DNA from: Macrostomum lignano
Taxonomy: Eukaryota
DNA length: 26,653 nt
Reading direction: 5' to 3'
Assembly: GCA_002269645.1 (NCBI GenBank)
Contig: NIVC01001754.1
Span: forward strand, 120,969-147,621
Each line of letters starts with the position of its first letter. Within the stretch, counting starts at the first letter, position 1. Shown here piece by piece: positions 11,262-22,109 of this stretch. The position numbers and the translations under genes are program-made. The notes below the pieces were generated by a model, which was given only the letters and a program-made list of their open reading frames with translations, searched no databases and was not told the origin of the DNA.

Positions 11262-14030
11262 GGTCATGGAGTCATTCATGGAGTCATTGGGTCATGGAGT
11301 CATTGGGTCATGGAGTCATTGGGTCATGGAGTCATTGGGTCATGGAGTCATTGGGTCATGGAGTCATTGGGTCATGGAGTCATTGGGTCATGGAGTCATT
11401 GGGTCATGGAGTCATTGGGTCATGGAGTCATTGGGTCATGGAGTCATTGGGTCATGGAGTCATTGGGTCATGGAGTCATTGGGTCATGGAGTCATTGGGT
11501 CATGGAGTCATTGGGTCATGGAGTCATTGGGTCATGGAGTCATTGGGTCATGGAGTCATTGGGTCATGGAGTCATTGGGTCATGGAGTCATTGGGTCATG
11601 GAGTCATTGGGTCATGGAGTCATTGGGTCATGGAGTCATTGGGTCATGGAGTCATTGGGTCATGGAGTCATTGGGTCATGGAGTCATTGGGTCATGGAGT
11701 CATTGGGTCATGGAGTCATTGGGTCATGGAGTCATTGGGTCATGGAGTCATTGGGTCATGGAGTCATTGGGTCATGGAGTCATTGGGTCATGGAGTCATT
11801 GGGTCATGGAGTCATTGGGTCATGGAGTCATTGGGTCATGGAGTCATTGGGTCATGGAGTCATTGGGTCATGGAGTCATTGGGTCATGGAGTCATTGGGT
11901 CATGGAGTCATTGGGTCATGGAGTCATTGGGTCATGGAGTCATTGGGTCATGGAGTCATTGGGTCATGGAGTCATTGGGTCATGGAGTCATTGGGTCATG
12001 GAGTCATTGGGTCATGGAGTCATTGGGTCATGGAGTCATTGGGTCATGGAGTCATTGGGTCATGGAGTCATTGGGTCATGGAGTCATTGGGTCATGGAGT
12101 CATTGGGTCATGGAGTCATTGGGTCATGGAGTCATTGGGTCATGGAGTCATTGGGTCATGGAGTCATTGGGTCATGGAGTCATTGGGTCATGGAGTCATT
12201 GGGTCATGGAGTCATTGGGTCATGGAGTCATTGGGTCATGGAGTCATTGGGTCATGGAGTCATTGGGTCATGGAGTCATTGGGTCATGGAGTCATTGGGT
12301 CATGGAGTCATTGGGTCATGGAGTCATTGGGTCATGGAGTCATTGGGTCATGGAGTCATTGGGTCATGGAGTCATTGGGTCATGGAGTCATTGGGTCATG
12401 GAGTCATTGGGTCATGGAGTCATTGGGTCATGGAGTCATTGGGTCATGGAGTCATTGGGTCATGGAGTCATTGGGTCATGGAGTCATTGGGTCATGGAGT
12501 CATTGGGTCATGGAGTCATTGGGTCATGGAGTCATTGGGTCATGGAGTCATTGGGTCATGGAGTCATTGGGTCATGGAGTCATTGGGTCATGGAGTCATT
12601 GGGTCATGGAGTCATTGGGTCATGGAGTCATTGGGTCATGGAGTCATTGGGTCATGGAGTCATTGGGTCATGGAGTCATTGGGTCATGGAGTCATTGGGT
12701 CATGGAGTCATTGGGTCATGGAGTCATTGGGTCATGGAGTCATTGGGTCATGGAGTCATTGGGTCATGGAGTCATTGGGTCATGGAGTCATTGGGTCATG
12801 GAGTCATTGGGTCATGGAGTCATTGGGTCATGGAGTCATTGGGTCATGGAGTCATTGGGTCATGGAGTCATTGGGTCATGGAGTCATTGGGTCATGGAGT
12901 CATTGGGTCATGGAGTCATTGGGTCATGGAGTCATTGGGTCATGGAGTCATTGGGTCATGGAGTCATTGGGTCATGGAGTCATTGGGTCATGGAGTCATT
13001 GGGTCATGGAGTCATTGGGTCATGGAGTCATTGGGTCATGGAGTCATTGGGTCATGGAGTCATTGGGTCATGGAGTCATTGGGTCATGGAGTCATTGGGT
13101 CATGGAGTCATTGGGTCATGGAGTCATTGGGTCATGGAGTCATTGGGTCATGGAGTCATTGGGTCATGGAGTCATTGGGTCATGGAGTCATTGGGTCATG
13201 GAGTCATTGGGTCATGGAGTCATTGGGTCATGGAGTCATTGGGTCATGGAGTCATTGGGTCATGGAGTCATTGGGTCATGGAGTCATTGGGTCATGGAGT
13301 CATTGGGTCATGGAGTCATTGGGTCATGGAGTCATTGGGTCATGGAGTCATTGGGTCATGGAGTCATTGGGTCATGGAGTCATTGGGTCATGGAGTCATT
13401 GGGTCATGGAGTCATTGGGTCATGGAGTCATTGGGTCATGGAGTCATTGGGTCATGGAGTCATTGGGTCATGGAGTCATTGGGTCATGGAGTCATTGGGT
13501 CATGGAGTCATTGGGTCATGGAGTCATTGGGTCATGGAGTCATTGGGTCATGGAGTCATTGGGTCATGGAGTCATTGGGTCATGGAGTCATTGGGTCATG
13601 GAGTCATTGGGTCATGGAGTCATTGGGTCATGGAGTCATTGGGTCATGGAGTCATTGGGTCATGGAGTCATTGGGTCATGGAGTCATTGGGTCATGGAGT
13701 CATTGAGTCATGCAGTCATTGGGTCATGGAGTCATTGGGTCATGGAGTCATTGGGTCATTCAGTCATTGGGTCATAGAGTCATTGGGTCATTCAGTCATT
13801 GGGTCATGGAGTCATTTTGTCATGCAGTCATTGGTCATGGAGTCATTGGGTCATGGAGTCATTGGGTCATAGAGTCATTGGGTCATGGAGTCATTGGGTC
13901 ATGGAGTCATTGAGTCATGGAGTCATTGGGTCATGGAGTCATTGGGTCATGGAGTCATTGAGTCATGGAGTCATTGGGTCATGGAGTCATTGGGTCATGG
14001 AGTCATTGGGTCATGGAGTCATTGGGTCAT
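11262..14030. repeat. 16-bp satellite (GTCATTGGGTCATGGA)n, ~170 copies
   Basis: No variant seen from ~11281 to ~13700, degenerate after that; unit consists of two related octamers GTCATTGG and GTCATGGA. Confidence 0.99.
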
Positions 14031-15114
14031 AGTGTTATTGATCATTGAGCCACGAATCAGAATAATTGGGACAGGGACTTCAACAAAGCACATTGCAGAT
14101 ATTTTGTGCTTTATTATTCATCTTCTGAAATATTGGGCAGTGACATAGAATCGCTCTTTAATTTAGCAATGTCCGCAATATGATAACTTACAAATTACAA
14201 ATAATGCATGATCAGACTTATGTCAGATTTTAATTCTTGGTAATCGAATTCATATTCGTATTTATTCCCGATAATTCAAAAAAACACTGGTCGCTTTGTC
14301 TGCTGAGCTCCTTTGTTTAATGAGCTCAAACGTCCGAAAAATGCATTTTTTCGCGAAAGATAGTACTCTTTCTCATACCCTCCACCCTTACTCTCCTCCT
14401 TACCCTCCTTCCTTACCTACTAGCTAATTTTTTCAACAAGTATTTCTAATTGTCTACTCACTAAGTAGAAATAAAAGTTTCATTAGCGTATTTTTCAGTC
14501 AAGTATCTGAAAATCTAATTTGATAAAACACATTTCAAATTAATGCATTTTCTGTCAATTTAACTCTGCATAAGGCAGTGGAAAACGTGAGAAAGAAACA
14601 AGGAATTGCTTTACTTTTGCTTACCTTTGCAATAATATGCCTGTACTGGGAAGTCTTTGCATTTGCACTTTTTACAGGCTAGCGCATTTGGTTAGTGGCG
14701 GATTCCTGAGTTTCCAGAGGCAACCGCCGACCTTGTCTCCAGAATGGGTTCCAGCAGCTTGTTAGTATGAAAAATGCATTACCATTCTTGCCAAGGTTTG
14801 CCAATTCTTTCTATTCTAAATGCATCTCTTTTCAGCTCATTAGGATTTCCCCATCTTACCCATTCTCCCATTCCAAGCGTTAGATGTAGCAACCATTCTG
14901 CTGCTGCAAACAAGTTACAACTTGAGTGTCTCAAGCCTTCCTCAACTTCGTTTGTGCCCCTGCCTCTTGTCATCCATTAGTTCTGGGTACCGCATTTTTG
15001 GCTTGTAAGAGAGAGCAGGTTTCTGAAGCTGCTGGCTCCAGTTTCAATTCTGTCTGCTGAAAGCTTCAAGTCTCGATTAGACGCACAAAATCCGTGATAA
15101 AACAACCGAAAGAA

Positions 15115-15438
15115 ATGACGCCTAAAGTTGCTTGGCATCAACTACAGCTGCTGATGCTGCTGCTGCTACTGACTGCAGCTCAGCATCTCCACTGCGAAGC
15201 CGCTTCATCAGAGCGAAACTGGTGGTCGAGCCGTGAGAGCATCGCCGACTATGAGGCTGTGAGCTCGCAGCCAGCAGCGACTGAGGTTGACTGCCTGGCT
15301 GCCGCGGTCGGCGACTCCGCTGTGCAGCTGGTGGCGTTCAACGTCAGTTCCGGCTGGTGCACCCGCTTCCGGTGCCGCCTGGGCCTGAGCCACTGCAGGA
15401 AGTGCCGCAATGCGGACAAGGGAGCTCAGCGAGTGTGG
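15115..15438 (+). CDS. FReD gene copy B exon 1: signal peptide plus PAN/apple-like domain
   Basis: Nearly identical to 8664-8987; donor TGG|GTGAGT at 15439. Confidence 0.85.
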
Positions 15439-15447
15439 GTGAGTGAG
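15435..15447 (+). repeat. Left target-site duplication GTGGGTGAGTGAG (13 bp)
   Basis: Identical to 21250-21262; the empty site is visible in copy A (ttgggtgagtgagagatactg). Confidence 0.93.
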
Positions 15448-15912
15448 CCGGGGCTGTTGCCCCCAGGACCCCGGGTCCTGCACGTAATGGCGTGGTGAAC
15501 TATCTGTGCAGTATGAGACTGGTATGGCCTTTATCCCAGCCAGCGATGCTCACACCTGCCTCCCCTGGCGGGCTGATAGCTCAAGAGACTCTGTCTCCTG
15601 ATTTTCACCTTGCAAGGCGCACTTCGAAGGGTACTCGTCCCGTGGGTGTTAAGGCAGGCCCCCTTGGGCCCTGCCGAGCTGATTCGTTGGCGCCGGGTCC
15701 TGGTGTGACCATAAACGCACCCTCTAATGTCCCAGTGTAACTCCGTGCTGATGGACGCTTGGCCAGGGAGTAGTCTGGTCGCTAACGGTTCCCCTTGCGC
15801 TTTTGGGTGGTGGTATTTTGCTTTTTGGGGGCCTGCCGCTTGGTTTGGGGTTGCGGCCTTGCGGCTCTTTGCCTGTGTTCTGCAGGAAGTCCCACCTTTT
15901 TACTTCCAGCCA

Positions 15913-17433
15913 ATGGCTTCTAACCGAAGTAACAAACCGGCTGTGGATGACACAGTGCCTCCGGCCTCGGCTGGGGCCGTGGACTCCTCGGCCATACCAC
16001 CTGCTACCATCGGGGACGCCTCGGCGAGACCCGTGGAGCCAACTCTGAGCGGTGCCTCCGAGAAGACACCTGCTACTCCAGCTGCTAAGAAACGCAGCAC
16101 CACCTCTGGAGCTGCCCGCCGTCGACTTAACAAGGCGAGGCGGGCCAAGGAGGGCGGAAGCCAAACCGGTGCCAGGGGCCAACGGCCCGCGGCAGCGGAA
16201 GCTTCCCAGTCTGGGGCGGTGGCGGAAGAGGGCCTCGAGCCCACGGAAGCCCCTGCCCAGGATAGGGAGGCCGATGCAGCCGGGAGGGTGGACAGCCCAC
16301 CTGAAGAAAGCTCCACTGACCCCCGGGCCTCCTACGCTGATGCGGCAAAGAGGCAACCGGCGGTTGTCATCCTGGGAAAGGACGCGCGCCTGTCTCCCGA
16401 TCAGCTGAAGCAGGTGAGAAGTGCCGTTGATGGCCTCCTGTGGAAGCAAACTCTGAAGGGCACGCCTCTGAACATTCATTCGAATGCGACGAGGGACTCG
16501 TGCCTTCTCATTTGGCCCAGTGATGCTGACTCGGGTCGGCGGCTCCTTGAGCTGCTGCCCGAGCAGAGCTGGGACCTCAACCTAGCCTTCTGCAGAGAGG
16601 ACGAGCGCCCCCGGACCAAGAGGCATCGAATCTGGGTCCCGGCCAGGAGCGTTGTTACCTCTGCTGACGAGCTCCGGAAAGGACTGCTAGCAGTCAACCG
16701 GGAGCTTCCCGCCGCGGGCCTAGTGGTGCATGACACCCTTAAGCGCACCGACGGCACTGGCTTCACAGCCATCCTGGGGCTGTCGGACGCCTGGATGAGG
16801 CGTTATCCACACGGCAGCTTCATCAACGTCGGCCTTTGGAAGCTGCGCATCCGCTCCTACGAGGCCGACCCTCCCCGTGGCAGTGAGCAGGGCGGGCGGG
16901 ATGCGGAGGCGGCCGGGGCCGAGGCGCAAGCCTCTGCTCAGACTGCCAAAGCAAACCGTTCTGCCCGGCAGCACGGCCGCGCGGGCAAAGCTGAGCGCGC
17001 TGCTGAGGGCGGAGGCGACCGACGCCCGGCGCGTAGCACCAAGCGGCGCGGCCTGTACCAGCGTGCAGCTGAGGCAGTCCGTACCGCCAAAATCTCCCAG
17101 CTGAGGCGAGAGGTCGCCGGGACGCCTAGGCGCACCAGTTCGTCCAGGGAGGGTGGGGACGTCCCAGCTGGGCCCAACCCCTCGGGGCAGGGCCGACTGG
17201 AGACGGACCCGCCTGCCCAGGCGGCTGGCTGCTCCAGGGCATTGGGCCAATCTGAGGCGGAGGACCCCATGGATGGTGGGCAAAGGGCGGCGAACGCTGC
17301 CTACTGCCTTCCGGCCAATCGGGGGCCTTTTGCTGAAGAAGAGCCCATGGACACCGGCGACCCCGACCCGAAGCCGGTGAGCGCCGAGGAGGAGGAGGAA
17401 CTCCTGGCGGCTGCAACATCCGATCTGCAATGA
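15913..17433 (+). CDS. LINE ORF1 (DUF4780-like domain typical of LOA elements; no CCHC knuckle). Likely start ATG 15913; an upstream ATG at 15727 is also open
   Basis: SYADAAKR...RPRTKRHRIWVP...NRELPAAGLVV...NVGLWKLRIRSY resembles, from recall, the LOA ORF1/DUF4780 pattern; flanked by low-complexity basic/acidic regions. Confidence 0.75.
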   Translation: MASNRSNKPAVDDTVPPASAGAVDSSAIPPATIGDASARPVEPTLSGASEKTPATPAAKKRSTTSGAARRRLNKARRAKEGGSQTGARGQRPAAAEASQSGAVAEEGLEPTEAPAQDREADAAGRVDSPPEESSTDPRASYADAAKRQPAVVILGKDARLSPDQLKQVRSAVDGLLWKQTLKGTPLNIHSNATRDSCLLIWPSDADSGRRLLELLPEQSWDLNLAFCREDERPRTKRHRIWVPARSVVTSADELRKGLLAVNRELPAAGLVVHDTLKRTDGTGFTAILGLSDAWMRRYPHGSFINVGLWKLRIRSYEADPPRGSEQGGRDAEAAGAEAQASAQTAKANRSARQHGRAGKAERAAEGGGDRRPARSTKRRGLYQRAAEAVRTAKISQLRREVAGTPRRTSSSREGGDVPAGPNPSGQGRLETDPPAQAAGCSRALGQSEAEDPMDGGQRAANAAYCLPANRGPFAEEEPMDTGDPDPKPVSAEEEEELLAAATSDLQ

Positions 17434-20400
17434 TGCCAACGACTACCTGGTGTCTGCAGATCAACACCCAGCACTGCGTGGCGGCGTCGGTCAACCTGAT
17501 GCGCACGGCAGAGCAACAGCTTCCGGGCCTGGTCTTCGTACAGGAGCCCTGGATGACTAAAGGTAAGCCAAATAATGTGCCATCTGGCTACCACTGTTTT
17601 TGCATGGCGGGCTCTCAGCCTCGCCCAAGATCTCTGGTCTTTGCTGCAAAAGCTTTTGAGGCATGGATGAGACCTGATCTCTCGACTGGGGACATCTGTG
17701 TTGTTCAAATCAATAACCTCATTCCCAATAAACCTGTGCTGGTAGCTTCTGCCTATTTCCCGGGCGATGCCCCAGTTGTCTGCGACGCGTTAGTCAACCT
17801 TACTGACTATGCTGCGTCCCATCGGTTCGAGCTGCTCATTGCAGGGGATGTGAACGCACACCACCTGCATTGGGGCAGCAAGAACATCAATAGCAGAGGC
17901 GAGGAGCTGCTGGCCTATGTCAGCAGCACTAACCTCAACTTCTGTAACGTGGGCAATGCACCAACGTTCAATAATGGGCGGTGGGCCGAAGTCATCGACA
18001 CCACCATCGCCTCACCCGGACTGCTTTCCGCAGTTACGGGCTGGCGAGTGTGGGACGAGGACTCGCTCTCGGACCACCGCTTTATCCGCTTTTGCATTGG
18101 GCCGACCAAGCAAAAGCCTAAGGTCACTTGGAGTCGGAACGTCAGAAACACCGATTGGGCCGCCTTTGGCTCGAAGCTGAGCCGCGGCCTTCGGGATCTT
18201 GACCCCCCCAGTGACCTCTCTGACTGCCAGGTGGTGGACGATCTCGCCTCCTCCCTGGGCGGGGCGATCACCACTGCCTTTGAAGCAGCCTGCCCCCTAA
18301 AGGCCTATAAAGGCAAGAAATCTGCTCCCTGGTGGAACCCAGAGCTCGGGGCCCTTCGGCGCCGAGCCAGGACCCTCCAAAGGCGAGCGCTCAAAACCAA
18401 AGACCCATCTGACAGAGAGGCCTATACCCGTGCGATCCACGAGTTTAAGGGCCAAGTCAGAAGGGCCAAGACGGCCAAGTGGCGCCAATATTGCGAAGGG
18501 CTTGAGGGCTCTCGCCCCGTAGCCCGCGTGGTTAAGGCACTCACTAATGACCGTTTTTCTAAACTCTCTGTTGTGAAGAGACCTGACGGCTCGGTCACAG
18601 AGAGTTCGGAAGAGACTCTAGAGCTCATGCTCAACAGTTTTTTCCCTAAATCTCCGACTCAGCAGGGCCCGCCCGACCACACAGTGGGAGGGCAAGGCCT
18701 AGCAAAGTCTATGATCACCAAAGACCGCATTATTAGAGCGGCAAGGTCCTTTAACCCGTTCAAGGCGCCTGGGCCCGACGGCATCTACCCAGCGTTCTTG
18801 CACGAGGCGGTGAAAAACCACCGCTTCCTGGACCTGCTCTGTCGTCTCCTTCGAGCTTGTATGGAGCTGGGCTATGTACCAGTTGCATGGAGAGAGGCCC
18901 GGGTGGTCTTTATCCCCAAGCCTGGAAAGAGCGACTACCAATCGGTGAAGGCCTTCAGGCCTATCAGCCTCACTTCTTTCTGCCTCAAGCTCCTCGAGAG
19001 ACTGGTGCTTTGGCGCCTACTTTCGGTCGAGCTGAAGCGCTTCCCACTCTCGCAGAACCAGCACGCCTTCCGCGCGGGCAGGTCAACCGAGAGTGCTCTC
19101 CATGTCATTGTTGACTTCCTGGAGAGGGCCGTTCTTGGCAGCGGCTTTGCCCTCTCGCTTTTCCTGGACATTGAGGGGGCCTTCGACAACGTCATCTTCG
19201 AGGCCTTTTGCAGAGCCCTGGAATCCAGGGCCACGCACCCTCACCTTGTCCGGTGGATCATGTTCATGATCCGAAACCGCACTGTTGTGGCCCACCTGAG
19301 CGGCAGCTCTCTTTCGGTGCCTGTCCTGAAAGGGGGCCCCCAGGGCGGCGTTCTCACCCCCGTTCTCTGGAACATGGTCATGGATGAGTTGCTTTGCAGT
19401 GATCTCCACGACCCCATTCTCAAGGTGGGCTATGCCGATGATGTGACCGCGATATGCGCGGGCCCCTCGGTTGATACCATCAGAGACCTTCTGCAGGGCT
19501 TTCTGGGACGAGCGGAGCGTTGGGCAGACCAATGTGGCCTTAGACTCTCAGAGTCGAAAACCACAGCAGTCATGTTTACCAACAAACTGCTCTGGACCAT
19601 TAAGCCCCTCACCCTCTATGGAAAGAATATTTCCATGGAGAAGCAGGTCCGCTGCCTGGGCCTCACTCTGGACCACAGGCTTAACTGGACTCCGCACATT
19701 CAAACTAAAGCCAAAAAAGCCCTGGCTGTACTGGCTCAGATCAGGCGCGCCGTGGGCACCACCTGGGGGCTCACCCCCAGGAAGCTGTGGTGGATTTACA
19801 CTGCCATCATCCGCCCCTCGATCAGTTACGCCAGCCTCGTGTGGGCTAGCGGCCTGAGCGTCAAGAGCAACCTCGACGCTCTCTACAAAATCCAGGGCAG
19901 AGCCTGCCGCATGACTATGGGCGCTCCACCCTCTACTCCTTTTGAAGGCATGAATGCCTTCCTCTGCGCCCCTCCTTTGGATATTTATATCAAAGGAGAG
20001 GCGGCGAAGAGCACCCGGCGTCTTCTGGATGCTGGGGTGGCCTTCAAGAAAGTGCGGGCCTTTAAGAAGCGGTCGCTTATCCCGCACTCTGACCTCTGCC
20101 TCAAGGCTCTGGAGGAGTGTGGCGGGCTCAACATCCTCACGGACTCGATCCCAGCCACCCTTCTCCTGAGCCAAAGGTATAAGGTCACCATTCAGCCTCG
20201 ACACGAGGCGAGTGACAGCTGGAGCGACTCTGAAGTCCACTGTTACACTGACGGCTCTATGAGGCATGGTCTTTCAGGCTTCGGAGCTTGCGTCTTCTTC
20301 AAGGGAGAAGTGGTGTGGAGCTACTCCCAGCACACTGGGCTCAACTCCAGTGTTTTTCAGAGCGAGGTGCTTGCCATCAGCTCCTGCGCGGCAGAGCTGC

Positions 20401-21134
20401 GCCGAAGGCAGCTTAGCGGCCGGAAATTTATTTTTCACTCTGACAGCCAAGCAGCCCTTCGGGCCCTCTGCCGCAGCACCGCCAGCTCCAGGTCCGTCCT
20501 GGACTGCAACACCCAGCTCAACGGGCTTGCGCTAGGCAACCAGGTGGAGCTCAGATGGATCCCGGGCCACGCCGGCTTCCTCGGCAACGAGCGCGCTGAC
20601 CTGCTGGCCAAGGCTGGCTCCGCCGGCGCGCTATTGGGGCCGGGCCCGGGTGCCCCCATCCCCGCCTCGGTGATCAATTCCCGCGTTAAGCGCTGGGCTG
20701 ACTCCGAGCATCTCCGCAGGTGGCACGACACCCGGAATTGTAGGCAATCCCGTGCTGCCGTCCCCTGTCCCTCTCCTCTCCTGCGTAGAGCCCTGCTCAG
20801 GCTCAACCGCAGAGACCTCAGAGCAGTTAGCATGGCCCTCTCCGGGCATGGCTGCTTCTCTCGCCACCGCTTCCTTCAGGGCCAAGTACCCGAGGAGCGG
20901 TGCCCCTTCTGCCGCTCAGGCAGTGAAAACGCCGAGCATTTTATCTGCCACTGCCCGGTTTTCACCAGGGCCAGGCTTACTCACCTCGGGCCAAACCCGG
21001 TTCTCTCCGACGTTTGCAGGCCCGAGAGCATCCCACTGCTCGCCCGGTACCTCAGGGACACCGGACGAGCTGATTTCTTCCCCACCGTCGGTGAGGAGGA
21101 CCGCGCTGCAGGCGAGACCGACGGGTCCCCCTGA
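17430..21134 (+). CDS. LINE ORF2: APE endonuclease, reverse transcriptase, RNase H, C-terminal Cys/His motif (1234 aa)
   Basis: APE: QEPW, GDVNAHH..WGS, SDH. RT: PGPDG, PKPGK, FRPISL, LDIEGAFD, GPQGGVLTP, YADD. RNase H: YTDGS, SEVLAI, SDSQAAL, WIPGH..GNERAD. C-terminus: SGHG...CPFC...EHFICHCP. Confidence 0.97.
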   Translation: MMPTTTWCLQINTQHCVAASVNLMRTAEQQLPGLVFVQEPWMTKGKPNNVPSGYHCFCMAGSQPRPRSLVFAAKAFEAWMRPDLSTGDICVVQINNLIPNKPVLVASAYFPGDAPVVCDALVNLTDYAASHRFELLIAGDVNAHHLHWGSKNINSRGEELLAYVSSTNLNFCNVGNAPTFNNGRWAEVIDTTIASPGLLSAVTGWRVWDEDSLSDHRFIRFCIGPTKQKPKVTWSRNVRNTDWAAFGSKLSRGLRDLDPPSDLSDCQVVDDLASSLGGAITTAFEAACPLKAYKGKKSAPWWNPELGALRRRARTLQRRALKTKDPSDREAYTRAIHEFKGQVRRAKTAKWRQYCEGLEGSRPVARVVKALTNDRFSKLSVVKRPDGSVTESSEETLELMLNSFFPKSPTQQGPPDHTVGGQGLAKSMITKDRIIRAARSFNPFKAPGPDGIYPAFLHEAVKNHRFLDLLCRLLRACMELGYVPVAWREARVVFIPKPGKSDYQSVKAFRPISLTSFCLKLLERLVLWRLLSVELKRFPLSQNQHAFRAGRSTESALHVIVDFLERAVLGSGFALSLFLDIEGAFDNVIFEAFCRALESRATHPHLVRWIMFMIRNRTVVAHLSGSSLSVPVLKGGPQGGVLTPVLWNMVMDELLCSDLHDPILKVGYADDVTAICAGPSVDTIRDLLQGFLGRAERWADQCGLRLSESKTTAVMFTNKLLWTIKPLTLYGKNISMEKQVRCLGLTLDHRLNWTPHIQTKAKKALAVLAQIRRAVGTTWGLTPRKLWWIYTAIIRPSISYASLVWASGLSVKSNLDALYKIQGRACRMTMGAPPSTPFEGMNAFLCAPPLDIYIKGEAAKSTRRLLDAGVAFKKVRAFKKRSLIPHSDLCLKALEECGGLNILTDSIPATLLLSQRYKVTIQPRHEASDSWSDSEVHCYTDGSMRHGLSGFGACVFFKGEVVWSYSQHTGLNSSVFQSEVLAISSCAAELRRRQLSGRKFIFHSDSQAALRALCRSTASSRSVLDCNTQLNGLALGNQVELRWIPGHAGFLGNERADLLAKAGSAGALLGPGPGAPIPASVINSRVKRWADSEHLRRWHDTRNCRQSRAAVPCPSPLLRRALLRLNRRDLRAVSMALSGHGCFSRHRFLQGQVPEERCPFCRSGSENAEHFICHCPVFTRARLTHLGPNPVLSDVCRPESIPLLARYLRDTGRADFFPTVGEEDRAAGETDGSP

Positions 21135-21249
21135 GCGACACCACTTCAACGGAAGTCGTTGGTCGCCAGGGGCTAGCGGAATGGGCGGTCTCCTCCGCCT
21201 CCTCGCTGCATCCGCCGGACGCCCCCTGCAGCTAAGTCAAGTAAGTCAA

Positions 21250-21262
21250 GTGGGTGAGTGAG
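21250..21262 (+). repeat. Right target-site duplication GTGGGTGAGTGAG
   Basis: Identical to 15435-15447, followed by agatactgtctgtc as in copy A intron 1. Confidence 0.93.
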
Positions 21263-21267
21263 AGATA

Positions 21268-21660
<393 letters not shown>

Positions 21661-22109
21661 GTTTGTCTTTCTTAGTATCTGGGTTGGTGTCTAGGTTGGT
21701 ACCTACCTTTTTGTTTGACCGCCTGTCCGCCTGTTTGTTTTTAAATCTTAGAAACATTCAGTAGTTAACAGTAGAAAGACCATGGGGGTGCATTTCGAAT
21801 GCTCACATTTTTCTTTGTCTGGATCGCCAAAATATTCAAGCAATAGCCAATAAAATGCAGAACACGGGCTAAAATTTCGGAAAGGGCGGAAAATTTTGAT
21901 TCATATGGTGGAATTTTACGATAATCGGTAATTCGGTTTGCGAGCTATCGTGAAATGGGTCGTGTGTATTTGTAGTACACCCCGTGGTCTTTCCCCATGG
22001 GGAAAAATAACGTAGTCTTGCTACTGTTAAAGCAGGGTTAGAAGCAGCTCTCGTATTCAAGTCACGAAAGGGTAGAATTAATCTATGATGATTGCTCTAC
22101 GTCACGCAG

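Larger units (their letters stand above)
15448..21249 (+). mobile_element. Full-length non-LTR retrotransposon, LOA-like (R1/I group), ~5.8 kb, apparently intact
   Basis: Two long ORFs, flanking 13-bp TSD, 3' tail taagtcaagtaagtcaa(g), absent from the paralogous site in copy A. Confidence 0.95.

Noticed and set aside
11146-14148. 827-908 aa ORFs (MESLGHGVIGSWSHWV)n in all three plus frames
   Set aside because: Artefact of a stop-free 16-bp satellite; three frames giving the same peptide is expected when the unit is not a multiple of 3
15450-15700. Possible 5' HDV-like ribozyme (hairpins ggggc-tgtt-gcccc and caggacc-ccg-ggtcctg at the 5' end)
   Set aside because: The hairpins are real, but I could not assemble the nested double pseudoknot by eye; needs an RNArobo/Infernal search
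15724-20885. Many 100-250 aa antisense and alternate-frame ORFs within the LINE
   Set aside because: Shadow ORFs of GC-rich coding sequence with no recognisable motifs
21190-21245. HDV-ribozyme-like string GCCTCCTCGCTG...GG...CTAA in the LINE 3' UTR
   Set aside because: No P2 pairing partner, P1 and P3 imperfect, and retroelement HDV-like ribozymes occur at 5' ends
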